A DNA stretch of 64,000 nucleotides. Origin: an uncultured Candidatus Saccharibacteria bacterium. Its GTDB lineage: Bacteria > Patescibacteriota > Minisyncoccia > Phycocordibacterales > UBA918. The stretch covers positions 5,300 to 69,299 of the forward strand of contig CAZVFY010000002.1 of assembly GCA_964626635.1 (NCBI GenBank), written 5' to 3'. The position numbers and the translations under genes are program-made. Of this stretch, positions 32,901 through 40,949 are shown piece after piece; position 1 is the stretch's first letter; every line of letters begins with the position of its first letter. The notes below the pieces were generated by a model that was given only the letters and a program-made list of their open reading frames with translations, had not been told where the DNA came from and did no database searches.

Positions 32901-33267
32901 GCTCAATCAGGTTTTGGTACCCTTTGAACGTCTTGGCGAGGAGGACGAGGCGCGAGCGCGGTTTGTCGATCGGGTGTTCTTTGTTGTGGCGGGTACGGGG
33001 CGCCATGAACGCATCAAGGCCGATGATTGGCTTGACCCCTTTGGCATGACACGCTTGATAGAAATCGATCGCACCATACAGTGCGCCTGCGTCAGTGATC
33101 GCCAGCATGGCTTGGCCGTCAGCGGCCGCGGCCTTGGCCAGTTCCTTGGGGGTCGGCACGGCACCGAGGAGCGAGTACATCGAGTGGACGTGGAGGTGGA
33201 CGAACGACGGCGCAACTGGCGTTTCGGCGCCGTCGCCACCATCTTTTACTTTAGGAGAATCACTCAT
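29986..33267 (-). CDS. dnaE: DNA polymerase III alpha subunit
   Basis: N-terminal PHP domain (HLHVHSMYSLL); polymerase core; 1093 aa; TATACT box 6 nt upstream of the ATG. Confidence 0.9.
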   Translation of the reverse strand: MSDSPKVKDGGDGAETPVAPSFVHLHVHSMYSLLGAVPTPKELAKAAAADGQAMLAITDAGALYGAIDFYQACHAKGVKPIIGLDAFMAPRTRHNKEHPIDKPRSRLVLLAKTFKGYQNLIELVTRSNIDGFYHKPRIDDELLERLHEDLVCIIPSFAGDVAQALKDSLPERAAERLDFYKRVFGEDCYLEISHHPEIFGHQENQARIKQLAADTDTPLVAAHDVYYLKPDDHLARETMVKIGTGGVVDTNGDGLGAEDFSFKTQAQMCEWFADTPEALSNTVRIAESCNVSITLGMDAWVFPDYIIESGKEPDDELRDTAYAGVGWRGLSLDDKVVKDRLDYELGIIRTKGYAKYFLVVGDLLREARERGILTTIRGSVAGSLTTYVLGITNVNPLEYRLPFERFLNPERPSAPDIDMDFADNRRDEIITYAREKYGHDKVAQIGTFGTMMARAAVRDVARALGHAYSTGDRIAKLIPLGAQGFPMTIDRAMQEEKELAELYKKDAESREVIDLAKQIEGRVRHLGVHAAGVVISPVPLNQYVPVQIDSKTGKQVTQYEMHSVGEDGVGLLKFDFLGIKNLAILADAVKRVKAVHDVEVDIENIPLDDPKTFEMLARGETMGLFQLNGSGMTAFLKQLKPTTIHDINAMVALYRPGPMEMIPTYIERKHNPSLVTYLDPRLEGIIERSYGVITYQDDVMMTAIELAGYSWLDADKLRKAMGKKIPEVMAAEKDKLFNGLIEHGMTAAKAEQLWKLIEPFAAYGFNKAHAASYGRVAYQTAYMKANFPVEYMSAVLTADSGDTEQISLIITECNRMGIEVLPPDINESFADFTVMPGANTIRFGLTTIKNFGAGIAAVIIEERKRAGAFKDMQDFLSRIHDRGLNKKSLEALICTGAFDTFATRDELYGNLDYLLAYNREQVAAQTSAQDSLFGGMSNMHQLHLGPTEPLSTIQKLQWEKDLLGVYVSGHPLDAYTEELKKRTPLSSVKADGRQGIPVVTAGMIGTVRELITKKGDKMAFVQLVSKDTDMELVTFPECFQTYRDLLVPGTCVAIKGKLNIRNDEPSVLVDRVKVLGNAPVETTANREPAVATQ

Positions 33268-33302
33268 GCGGACAGTATAGCAAAAACTGATACACTACCA
33301 GC
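33268..33302. promoter_or_regulatory. 35 bp divergent promoter region with back-to-back -10 boxes
   Basis: TATACT-GTCCGC-ATG on the minus strand (dnaE) and TACACT-ACCAGC-ATG on the plus strand (33303). Confidence 0.5.
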
Positions 33303-33620
33303 ATGAAGAAGATCAGACTACTAGTTGGAATCTTTATTAGTTTAGCTGTGGTGGTATTACTAACACGTACGCTCTTACTCGATTGGGCAGTGCTTATGAC
33401 TGGTACCGATCGACACGCTCCTGAAATTTATGATGGTGACATTAAGTTCTATTGTTTAGTGTGCGACTATGAAGTTGGTGATTACGTGGTCGTTTTTGAT
33501 AACGATCTACTGCTGGTAGAAAAAGTTTTGGATCGCAACGAAAGTAGCGTAATTATTACCAGTCCCGCAGCGGACAGGGTTGCCGTTCCAGTCAATGCGG
33601 TTATCGGTGTTGTGTTGTAG
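33303..33620 (+). CDS. small membrane protein, possibly a degenerate S26 signal-peptidase-like protein
   Basis: N-terminal TM helix; LMTGTDRHAPEIYDGD and EVGDYVVVF/LLLVEKVLD loosely resemble SPase I boxes with Thr in place of the catalytic Ser; 105 aa. Confidence 0.3.
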   Translation: MKKIRLLVGIFISLAVVVLLTRTLLLDWAVLMTGTDRHAPEIYDGDIKFYCLVCDYEVGDYVVVFDNDLLLVEKVLDRNESSVIITSPAADRVAVPVNAVIGVVL

Positions 33621-33624
33621 TCTC

Positions 33625-34221
33625 ATGAAATACATTATTGGCATAGACGAAGCCGGTCGTGGGCCACTGGCTGGACCAGTCGCCGTTGGCGCGGCCGTTG
33701 TGCCGGTTGATTTTGCGTGGCTGGAGGTGCTGCCTGGCGTTACCGACAGCAAAAAGATCTCGCCCAAGAAGCGCGCCGAGGTGCTGCGGACGGCGACGCT
33801 CCTGCGCCACCGAGGTCTGATCAACTTCACCGTGGCCATGGTTAGCGCGTCTGTAATCGACCGGGAGGGAATCGTACCCGCCATCAACATCGCGATGAAA
33901 CGAGCGCTCGCGCGGCTGGCGCCGCCGGTCTCGCGCTCGTTTATCCGCCTCGACGGATCACTGTACGCACCCGAGCAATTTGCACAGGCGACCATCATCA
34001 AGGGTGACGCGCTCTATCCCGAAATTGGCCTTGCGAGCATCGCCGCCAAAGAAACGCGCGATGCGTACATGCGCCGCGTGGACAAGCGCTGGCCTGGCTA
34101 TGGGTTTGCAGATCATTCTGGATACGGCACTGTCGCCCATCGTGCTGCGATCCAGGCCCGTGGTTTGAGCCCGATCCACCGAGCCATGTATTGCCAGAAT
34201 GCGCTACGTGGGGTACGGTGA
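33625..34221 (+). CDS. rnhB: ribonuclease HII
   Basis: GIDEAGRGPLAGPVAVG motif; start MKYIIG at 33625 inside the longer track ORF. Confidence 0.85.
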   Translation: MKYIIGIDEAGRGPLAGPVAVGAAVVPVDFAWLEVLPGVTDSKKISPKKRAEVLRTATLLRHRGLINFTVAMVSASVIDREGIVPAINIAMKRALARLAPPVSRSFIRLDGSLYAPEQFAQATIIKGDALYPEIGLASIAAKETRDAYMRRVDKRWPGYGFADHSGYGTVAHRAAIQARGLSPIHRAMYCQNALRGVR

Positions 34222-34518
34222 AGAGGCTCAGATCCTGATCCTGATATTATCGACAAAACTGAGCAACAGGAACAGGCATGAGTAAGAAAAGTCAAGATGG
34301 TTGCGCAAGGTGTATTCTTTGCTGCAGAGAGTTGTGTCACGTAGTGGCGGGCACGACACAGGAGCTGCCCGAACCGCGGCCGTCTAGCTGGCGAAGCTGT
34401 CAGCGAAGGATCAGACGAGAACAAGAGCTCAAGGAAGAAGCTCGTCTGGCGCGCAAAGCGCTTCAGCATCAATACGCCGCCGAATAAGCGGCACCAGACC
34501 ACGATTGCAAGGTGGTCT

Positions 34519-34552
34519 GCGATTCTGGTCGGCGAGCGAAAGCGAGCCGACC
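34519..34552 (+). terminator. intrinsic terminator ~300 nt downstream of rnhB
   Basis: GGTCGGC-GAGCGAAAGCGAG-CCGACC followed by TTTTTCTT. Confidence 0.5.
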
Positions 34553-34659
34553 TTTTTCTTGCACCACAGGCACTGCTATTTCATATTCCCGTTGGTCATT
34601 GAAATAGGTTGCCTTTTTCACACACTTTGCTATAGTTCGCCCACTAATTCAACAAATAT

Positions 34660-35016
34660 ATGGTTATTCGAATGCGACATACGCGGTCTCACACCAAGAA
34701 CCGCCGATCACACCACGCCCTGACTGGACCAGCGCTAGTCACGTGTCAAAACTGCGAGGCAATGCACCGCCCACACCACATGTGTCAGGCGTGTGGTCAT
34801 TACAAAGGTCGGTTGGTGATCGACATGAAGGCACAACACGAAAAGCGTGAAGCTCGCATCCAAGCCAAGCGAGACGCCATCAAAGCGCAGCGCCAAGACG
34901 CTGAGGCTGATCAACCGGCAGAAGTAACCGACGACCAAACGCCAGTTGAACCAACAGACACAGAAACGACTGCCGAAACCAAGCCCGAAGAAATCACCAG
35001 CGATCAGAAAAGCTAA
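34660..35016 (+). CDS. rpmF: 50S ribosomal protein L32 with long acidic C-terminal extension
   Basis: RRSHHALTGP....C.NC.......H..C..CGHYKGR zinc-ribbon L32 signature; 118 aa versus ~57 typical. Confidence 0.75.
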   Translation: MVIRMRHTRSHTKNRRSHHALTGPALVTCQNCEAMHRPHHMCQACGHYKGRLVIDMKAQHEKREARIQAKRDAIKAQRQDAEADQPAEVTDDQTPVEPTDTETTAETKPEEITSDQKS

Positions 35017-35092
35017 TCCACACTCCACCGCTCACCAAGAGCGGTGTTTGTGTACTGATAATGCTACACTGTAGTCAGTAACCTAGTACATT

Positions 35093-35992
35093 ATGGCCAA
35101 TCGACACCTCTCACGTAGCATTGTTCTCCAGACCCTATTCGAATGGGATCAGGGAAATTTAGATCACAAAGCCTCACACGAAGTGCTCGACCGTAATGTC
35201 GCAGAATTCGCCCCGAACAAAACCGACCAAGGTTTTATGGACCGACTGCTCGATGGCGTCATGGGTAAACGCTCGGAACTCGACCTCGTCATCGAAAAAG
35301 CCGCCCCCGATTGGCCAATCGACCGCATCGCGGCGGTCGATCGCAATATCTTGCGGATGGGTCTGTTCGAGCTGTTATTTTCTGATCGAGACGAAGTTCC
35401 GGCCAAGGTCGCGATCAATGAGGCGATCGAGTTGTCTAAGCAATTCGGTGGCGACAACAGCAGCCGGTTCGTCAACGGTGTGCTCGGCGCTGTGTACAAA
35501 GAGATCGGTGAACCCGGCAAAGACGATCAAGGCAAGCGCAAGAAAAAGCACGTCGCCTACGAGGATATGCCGATCCAGCGTCTGGCGGGCGCGGTCGTGT
35601 ACGCGCAACACGAGGGACAAATCTACCTTGCATTGGTACATGACATCTTTGGACACTGGACGCTTAGTAAGGGTAAAATTGACGAAGGCGAAGACCTCGA
35701 AGCGGGAGCACGCCGTGGCTTACTCGACGAGATCGGTTTGACCGTGACGCTCGAAGACACTATTGGCCAAAACGAATACGTCGCCAGCAATCCCGAGCTC
35801 GGCAAAGTCCGCAAACAAGTCAGCTACTTTTTAGCCAAGGCGCCTTACCAAGACCTGGTACTCGAGCAAAAGGGTGGACTGGATGACGCCCAGTGGTTCA
35901 AGATCGCTGATATTCTGGAGCTTAATTTTTATGAAGATATCTTGCCAATTGTGACCAAGGCAGTGACGCTGCTGGTTGGCAGGAACACGTAG
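35093..35992 (+). CDS. nusB: NusB antitermination factor fused to a C-terminal Nudix hydrolase domain
   Basis: Residues 1-145 carry NusB motifs (RSIVLQTLFEWD, VAINEAIELSKQFGGDNSSRFVNGVLGAVYKE); residues ~165-299 carry a Nudix-box-like GKIDEGEDLEAGARRGLLDEIGL. Confidence 0.7.
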   Translation: MANRHLSRSIVLQTLFEWDQGNLDHKASHEVLDRNVAEFAPNKTDQGFMDRLLDGVMGKRSELDLVIEKAAPDWPIDRIAAVDRNILRMGLFELLFSDRDEVPAKVAINEAIELSKQFGGDNSSRFVNGVLGAVYKEIGEPGKDDQGKRKKKHVAYEDMPIQRLAGAVVYAQHEGQIYLALVHDIFGHWTLSKGKIDEGEDLEAGARRGLLDEIGLTVTLEDTIGQNEYVASNPELGKVRKQVSYFLAKAPYQDLVLEQKGGLDDAQWFKIADILELNFYEDILPIVTKAVTLLVGRNT

Positions 35993-36010
35993 TCGTGCTA
36001 CTTTCTCACC

Positions 36011-36724
36011 ATGACTGAACTCGATCACGAGACAACTGATTTGGTCGCGCTCGAAGGCGTGCTGGGCGCCACTTTTACCGACCAGACGATCCTCAAAAGC
36101 GCGATCACGCACCGTTCGTACCTCAACGAACACCGCGAAGCTGATTGGGAACACAACGAACGTCTAGAATTTCTGGGGGACGCAGTACTAGAACTGGTCG
36201 TGACTGACTATCTGTATCAACAATACCCGGACAAACCAGAAGGTGAGCTGACCGCTGTGCGCGCCGCGCTTGTCAATACCGTATCACTGGCGGCGACGTC
36301 CGAAGCACTTGATATCGGCGCGTACATGCTGATGAGTAAGGGCGAGGCCAAAGACACCGGCCGCGCGCGGCAGTATATCCTCGCCAACGCTTTCGAGGCG
36401 TGTGTAGGGGCGTTGTACGTAGATCAGGGGTACGCGGCTGCGCAGGCATTCATTGCTACAAATCTTTTTCCTAAAACAGACGAGATTGTCCGGCAGCGGC
36501 TGTGGCAAGACCCCAAATCCAGATTCCAAGAGCTCGCCCAAGAACACGCCAATGTCACCCCGACGTACGAAACATTGGGGCAGGAGGGGCCAGATCATGA
36601 TCGCGAATTCACGGTCGGCGTATTTTTACGCAAAGAAAAGATCGCGGTCGGCAAGGGTCGTAGCAAACAAGAAGCCGAACAGCAAGCCGCCGAGTCCGGT
36701 ATTACCCACAAGGGTTGGAATTAG
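36011..36724 (+). CDS. rnc: ribonuclease III
   Basis: ERLEFLGDAVLELVV signature; C-terminal dsRBD. Confidence 0.9.
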   Translation: MTELDHETTDLVALEGVLGATFTDQTILKSAITHRSYLNEHREADWEHNERLEFLGDAVLELVVTDYLYQQYPDKPEGELTAVRAALVNTVSLAATSEALDIGAYMLMSKGEAKDTGRARQYILANAFEACVGALYVDQGYAAAQAFIATNLFPKTDEIVRQRLWQDPKSRFQELAQEHANVTPTYETLGQEGPDHDREFTVGVFLRKEKIAVGKGRSKQEAEQQAAESGITHKGWN

Positions 36725-36753
36725 TTAGTAACTGGATACTATACACTGTATGC

Positions 36754-37302
36754 ATGCGTTTAGGCGGTTTTACATTAATTGAAATAATTGTAGTGGTGAG
36801 TATTATATCTCTGCTCGCTGCAGTAGTGGGTACAAACTACAGCAATGTTAGAACCGAGTCTCGCATCAAAGCTGAACAGGCTACACTGGAGCAAATGAAG
36901 CTCGCCTTTACGTTATACGCTGAATTATACGGTCATTATCCTGCTGGTGTGACTCTTGGCGGTTACCCTATGCCTAATAATGACAATTGTTCGTCGTGTT
37001 TTCTTAGGCCGCCGGCCAACCTTCTGGAAGCCACCATTCAATGGGGGGCTGCTGCCAGTGCAATGATTGGTGCTGGGCTTATCAATGATTCAATATTCAC
37101 AGATAGCTGGGGTATGCCGTATGCATATGATAATAATTCTTATGGCGCACACAACGTCGATCTGTTCTCCTTTGTTTGCAGCACTGGTCCAGACCGGGTC
37201 TGGGGTGTTTCTGACAGTGCCGCAACTATCGCTGTATTTGACCGCACCACTGGTACACATGAGCCGCTGGGTGACGATATCTGCGTTTTTTTACCTAATT
37301 AA
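36754..37302 (+). CDS. type IV pilin-like protein (prepilin-type N-terminal cleavage/methylation domain)
   Basis: MRLGG|FTLIEIIVVVSIISLLAAV class III signal. Confidence 0.7.
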   Translation: MRLGGFTLIEIIVVVSIISLLAAVVGTNYSNVRTESRIKAEQATLEQMKLAFTLYAELYGHYPAGVTLGGYPMPNNDNCSSCFLRPPANLLEATIQWGAAASAMIGAGLINDSIFTDSWGMPYAYDNNSYGAHNVDLFSFVCSTGPDRVWGVSDSAATIAVFDRTTGTHEPLGDDICVFLPN

Positions 37303-37305
37303 TGT

Positions 37306-38028
37306 ATGCTTCAGTTTACTACCCAAAACCGTGGTTTTACACTCTTAGAAATATTAGTGGTAACCGCGATTATCAGCATTTTTCTCACAACTGTGTACGT
37401 GAACTTTACTGGTTCATACGCTCAGGCTCGTGACGCCGAGCGCAAAGCAAATGTACAGAACGTCGCAACGGCATTGGAGTTATACAAAAATAAATACGGG
37501 CGGTACCCTGAAGCGTGCAACGGCCCAATTCCACGACCCACACCAAACCCAATACAAGGTTCTGTCTTGTGGTCCGGTGAGCCAGGTACTGCTGATGAGT
37601 GTCCGTCAAGTGGTGACGATTACATAGTGGGATTGGCACCAGAATTCATTGAAGAATTACCCACCGACCCTCGTGCCCGTACTGATGCTGGGTATGTATA
37701 CGCCGTAAATTATAACGGTTCGGCGTACAAGTTTATGGCGATGAACACGGTCGAGAACGAAACCGTCACGTCTGACAGCGCATTTTTCCGCTGCGGGCAA
37801 GGATTTAATGTAATGGGTACCCCTGCGACAGAAACATACGATGACGAAGTGATGTGCTTACGTACACCCAGAGAGTTTGGTGGTGGTAATGTTTCAATAG
37901 ACGGCTGCCATGCAGCTTCAAACAGCGCGATAAACGCCCGAACGTATGCAGTCTCGGCAGGCATTGCCACAGAAGGTTCTGATTTGAGACAGGTTGAACA
38001 CTACACCGAAATTGTCCGCTGCGGGTAG
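37306..38028 (+). CDS. type IV pilin-like protein
   Basis: QNRG|FTLLEILVVTAIISIFLTTVYV N-terminal prepilin motif. Confidence 0.7.
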   Translation: MLQFTTQNRGFTLLEILVVTAIISIFLTTVYVNFTGSYAQARDAERKANVQNVATALELYKNKYGRYPEACNGPIPRPTPNPIQGSVLWSGEPGTADECPSSGDDYIVGLAPEFIEELPTDPRARTDAGYVYAVNYNGSAYKFMAMNTVENETVTSDSAFFRCGQGFNVMGTPATETYDDEVMCLRTPREFGGGNVSIDGCHAASNSAINARTYAVSAGIATEGSDLRQVEHYTEIVRCG

Positions 38029-38087
38029 CACTTGTAATGTGCACTACCCGCAATCCCGCGGCGCACATTTAGTATGATAAGGACAGT

Positions 38088-38636
38088 ATGAAATACTTTC
38101 GCACACCGCTCCCAACCGCTGGGTTTACCCTCCTAGAAATTCTGGTGGTGACGTCGATCATCGCTATTCTCTCGAGTATTCTGTATGTCAGTTTTAGCGA
38201 CTCGCGCAACTTGGCACGGGACCGGGCGATGATGTCCGAGTTCAAGCAAGTGCAGCTGGCGTTGCAGACGTATTATGCACAGAATGATGCGTATCCAGCG
38301 CCTAATCCGTCGTGTGGGCTAAGCACTAGGGCAACTGAATCGGCTACCTGTGGTGATTACATAATTATTTCGAACGAATTTATTACTGAATTGCCGCGTA
38401 GCGCAGATTCGGGAAACAGTAATTGCCAAATATCATATCAGGTTGATAGTGTCAGCGACCCTCAAAATTATAAACTAACAGGGATCAATTGCATTGCCAG
38501 CGATCTCGTCATTACTCTAGAGAATGATATGGCTAGATGTCCGAGTACTTCTGATGGCTTAGGAGAATGCAGTTCCAGCCATGCAGACTTCGCCAAGTCA
38601 TTCGCTGTGTACAGCCCCGGGGGCCAGTCATATTAG
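38088..38636 (+). CDS. type IV pilin-like protein
   Basis: TAG|FTLLEILVVTSIIAILSSILYV N-terminal prepilin motif. Confidence 0.7.
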   Translation: MKYFRTPLPTAGFTLLEILVVTSIIAILSSILYVSFSDSRNLARDRAMMSEFKQVQLALQTYYAQNDAYPAPNPSCGLSTRATESATCGDYIIISNEFITELPRSADSGNSNCQISYQVDSVSDPQNYKLTGINCIASDLVITLENDMARCPSTSDGLGECSSSHADFAKSFAVYSPGGQSY

Positions 38637-38638
38637 TC

Positions 38639-40861
38639 ATGCAGTTACAGTCGCTCAAGGTCAATGGCTTTAAATCGTTCGCCCACCAGAGCGAACTGGC
38701 GTTTACCACCCCGATCACGGCGATCGTCGGGCCCAATGGCTCGGGCAAGAGCAACGTAGCCGAGGCCTTTCGGTTCGTGCTCGGCGAACAGTCCGTCAAA
38801 TCCATGCGCGGTAAACGCGGCTCGGACCTGCTGTGGGGCGGGTCGGACGCGGTTGCGCGCAAGGGGCGGGCTAGTGTGTGCGTGTCGCTCGATAACCGGT
38901 CACGGCTCCTTGATCTGGATTTTGATGAGGTGCGGATCGAGCGCGTGGTACACCGTGATGGACAGAACGACTATCTCCTCAATGGCTCTGCGGTCCGGTT
39001 GCGGGATATTCACGAACTACTGGCCGGGGCGCACATCGGCCCCAGCGGGCATCACATTATTTCGCAAGGCGAGGCTGATCGCGTCCTGACCGCCAACGCT
39101 CGCGAGCGACGCGAAATGGTCGAGGACGCGCTGGGTCTCAAAGTATTCCAAACCAAAAAACACGAAGCCACCAAAAAACTAGAAAAAACCCTTCAGAATA
39201 TCAGCGAGACTGAGTCGCTGCGGCGCGAGGCGGCGCCCCATCTGCGCTACCTTGAGCGCCAAGTGGCGGACGCCGAACGCGCTACCACAACACAACAGGA
39301 ATTATTGGCTGGCTACCACGAATACCTCTACCGCGAAGACACGTACGTCGCACTGCGTACCAACACCCTCCAGGCTGAGCAGCATACACTACAGCAATCT
39401 GTCCGAGACAGTCACGATCAGGTAGCTGCGCTGCGCGCCCAAAAGGCCACCTACGAAGAGGGTGTCGATCGCACGCCACTAGAGGAAGCCGGACGAACCC
39501 AGGCTGCGGTCGAGCAGGTCTGGCAAGAGGCCGTAGCAAAGGCCAATCAACTAGAAGGCCAGGTCACGTACCTACGCCGCAGCATAGAAGAGCGCGAGCA
39601 CGCGGCCAGCCAAACGGTCGAGGCGCCGACGGTCGTGTCCCGGCACCTAGTCGACCAGGTGTACAACACGGCCCGCGCACAAGAACCGTCAGCCGCCGCC
39701 CACCAGCAGTTAGTGTCCGACCTAGAGGCAGTGCTGCAGGCTGATCTGCCGACCACTGAACTGTATGACAGTACCTCGGACAAACAACAGCTCGAGACCC
39801 TCAAGGCTGCATTAGCCTCAGCCATCGAACAAGTCACGCAGGCGTTTCAGGCAGTCGAGACAGCCAGGCATAAAGTCCAGCAAGCCCAGGCCGACATCGA
39901 CGCCCAACAGTCCGCGTGGCACGACACGGAACAAGCATTGTTCATAGCGCTCGGTCGCGAGCGCGAACAAACAGTAGCATTGCGTACAGTAGAAGCAGAA
40001 CTAGCAACGCTCGAGCGCGACCGGGCGGATTTTAAACAAGAATTATACGAAGCCACGACGCTAGTCGGCCGCAACGTCATGCAGTACAGCCAGTACGGAG
40101 CGCAATCGGACGTCAGCATCACCGAAGACGAAGTGCTGCAGGAGCCAAGAGACTCGCAACGCGACCGGCGCACTCAGCTGGAGAAACTAAAGATCCGCCT
40201 CGAGGAACTAGGGGTAGGTGACACCGAGGCACTCATGCTGGAATTCCGCCAGTCCAAGGAGCGCGACGAGTTTCTATCAGGCGAACTGGACGATCTACAT
40301 TCATCGGTGGACAATCTGCGGACGCTAATAGGTGAATTAGACACCCAGATCCACACCGCATTACAGTCTGGTCTGGCGCAGATAGATCGCGAATTCAATC
40401 GCTTTTTTACGCTGATGTTTGGTGGCGGCAAGGCAGCGCTTGATCTAGTGACACCAAAACCGAGCGACGCTGACGCTGTCGACGGAGATCAATCTGCACT
40501 CCAGCAGTCCGGCATCGAGCTGCACGTGTCGCTCCCCAACAAACGCGTCAAAGGGCTAGAGATGCTCTCTGGCGGCGAGCGAGCGCTGACGTCGATCGCG
40601 CTGGTATTCGCGATGAGTCAGGTCAACCCGCCGCCATTTATTATATTGGACGAGACCGACGCGGCCCTCGACGAGGCCAACAGCCGTCGGTACGGGGATA
40701 TGATTGAAGCGCTGGCACAGAAATCGCAACTGATTTTGATCACCCACAACCGCGAGACAATGTCGCGCGCGGGCGTCCTGTACGGCGTGACGATGGCGGG
40801 GGATGGGGTGTCGCAACTGTTGTCCATTCAGTTTGCTGATGCGACAATCCACGCCAAATAG
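38639..40861 (+). CDS. smc: SMC-like chromosome segregation ATPase, short (740 aa) with no recognisable hinge
   Basis: N-terminal head GFKSF....ITAIVGPNGSGKSN; C-terminal LSGGERALTSIALVFAM....FIILDETDAALD; coiled-coil middle with no Gly-rich hinge; sits in the conserved rnc-smc position. Confidence 0.75.
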   Translation: MQLQSLKVNGFKSFAHQSELAFTTPITAIVGPNGSGKSNVAEAFRFVLGEQSVKSMRGKRGSDLLWGGSDAVARKGRASVCVSLDNRSRLLDLDFDEVRIERVVHRDGQNDYLLNGSAVRLRDIHELLAGAHIGPSGHHIISQGEADRVLTANARERREMVEDALGLKVFQTKKHEATKKLEKTLQNISETESLRREAAPHLRYLERQVADAERATTTQQELLAGYHEYLYREDTYVALRTNTLQAEQHTLQQSVRDSHDQVAALRAQKATYEEGVDRTPLEEAGRTQAAVEQVWQEAVAKANQLEGQVTYLRRSIEEREHAASQTVEAPTVVSRHLVDQVYNTARAQEPSAAAHQQLVSDLEAVLQADLPTTELYDSTSDKQQLETLKAALASAIEQVTQAFQAVETARHKVQQAQADIDAQQSAWHDTEQALFIALGREREQTVALRTVEAELATLERDRADFKQELYEATTLVGRNVMQYSQYGAQSDVSITEDEVLQEPRDSQRDRRTQLEKLKIRLEELGVGDTEALMLEFRQSKERDEFLSGELDDLHSSVDNLRTLIGELDTQIHTALQSGLAQIDREFNRFFTLMFGGGKAALDLVTPKPSDADAVDGDQSALQQSGIELHVSLPNKRVKGLEMLSGGERALTSIALVFAMSQVNPPPFIILDETDAALDEANSRRYGDMIEALAQKSQLILITHNRETMSRAGVLYGVTMAGDGVSQLLSIQFADATIHAK

Positions 40862-40949
40862 CTTGAAAAATATTTCAGTTGTGGTATAAACGTAGCTGGA
40901 TCCTACCGTCACGATGACGGGGGACATTTCTCACAGGGAGTACAGTTCC

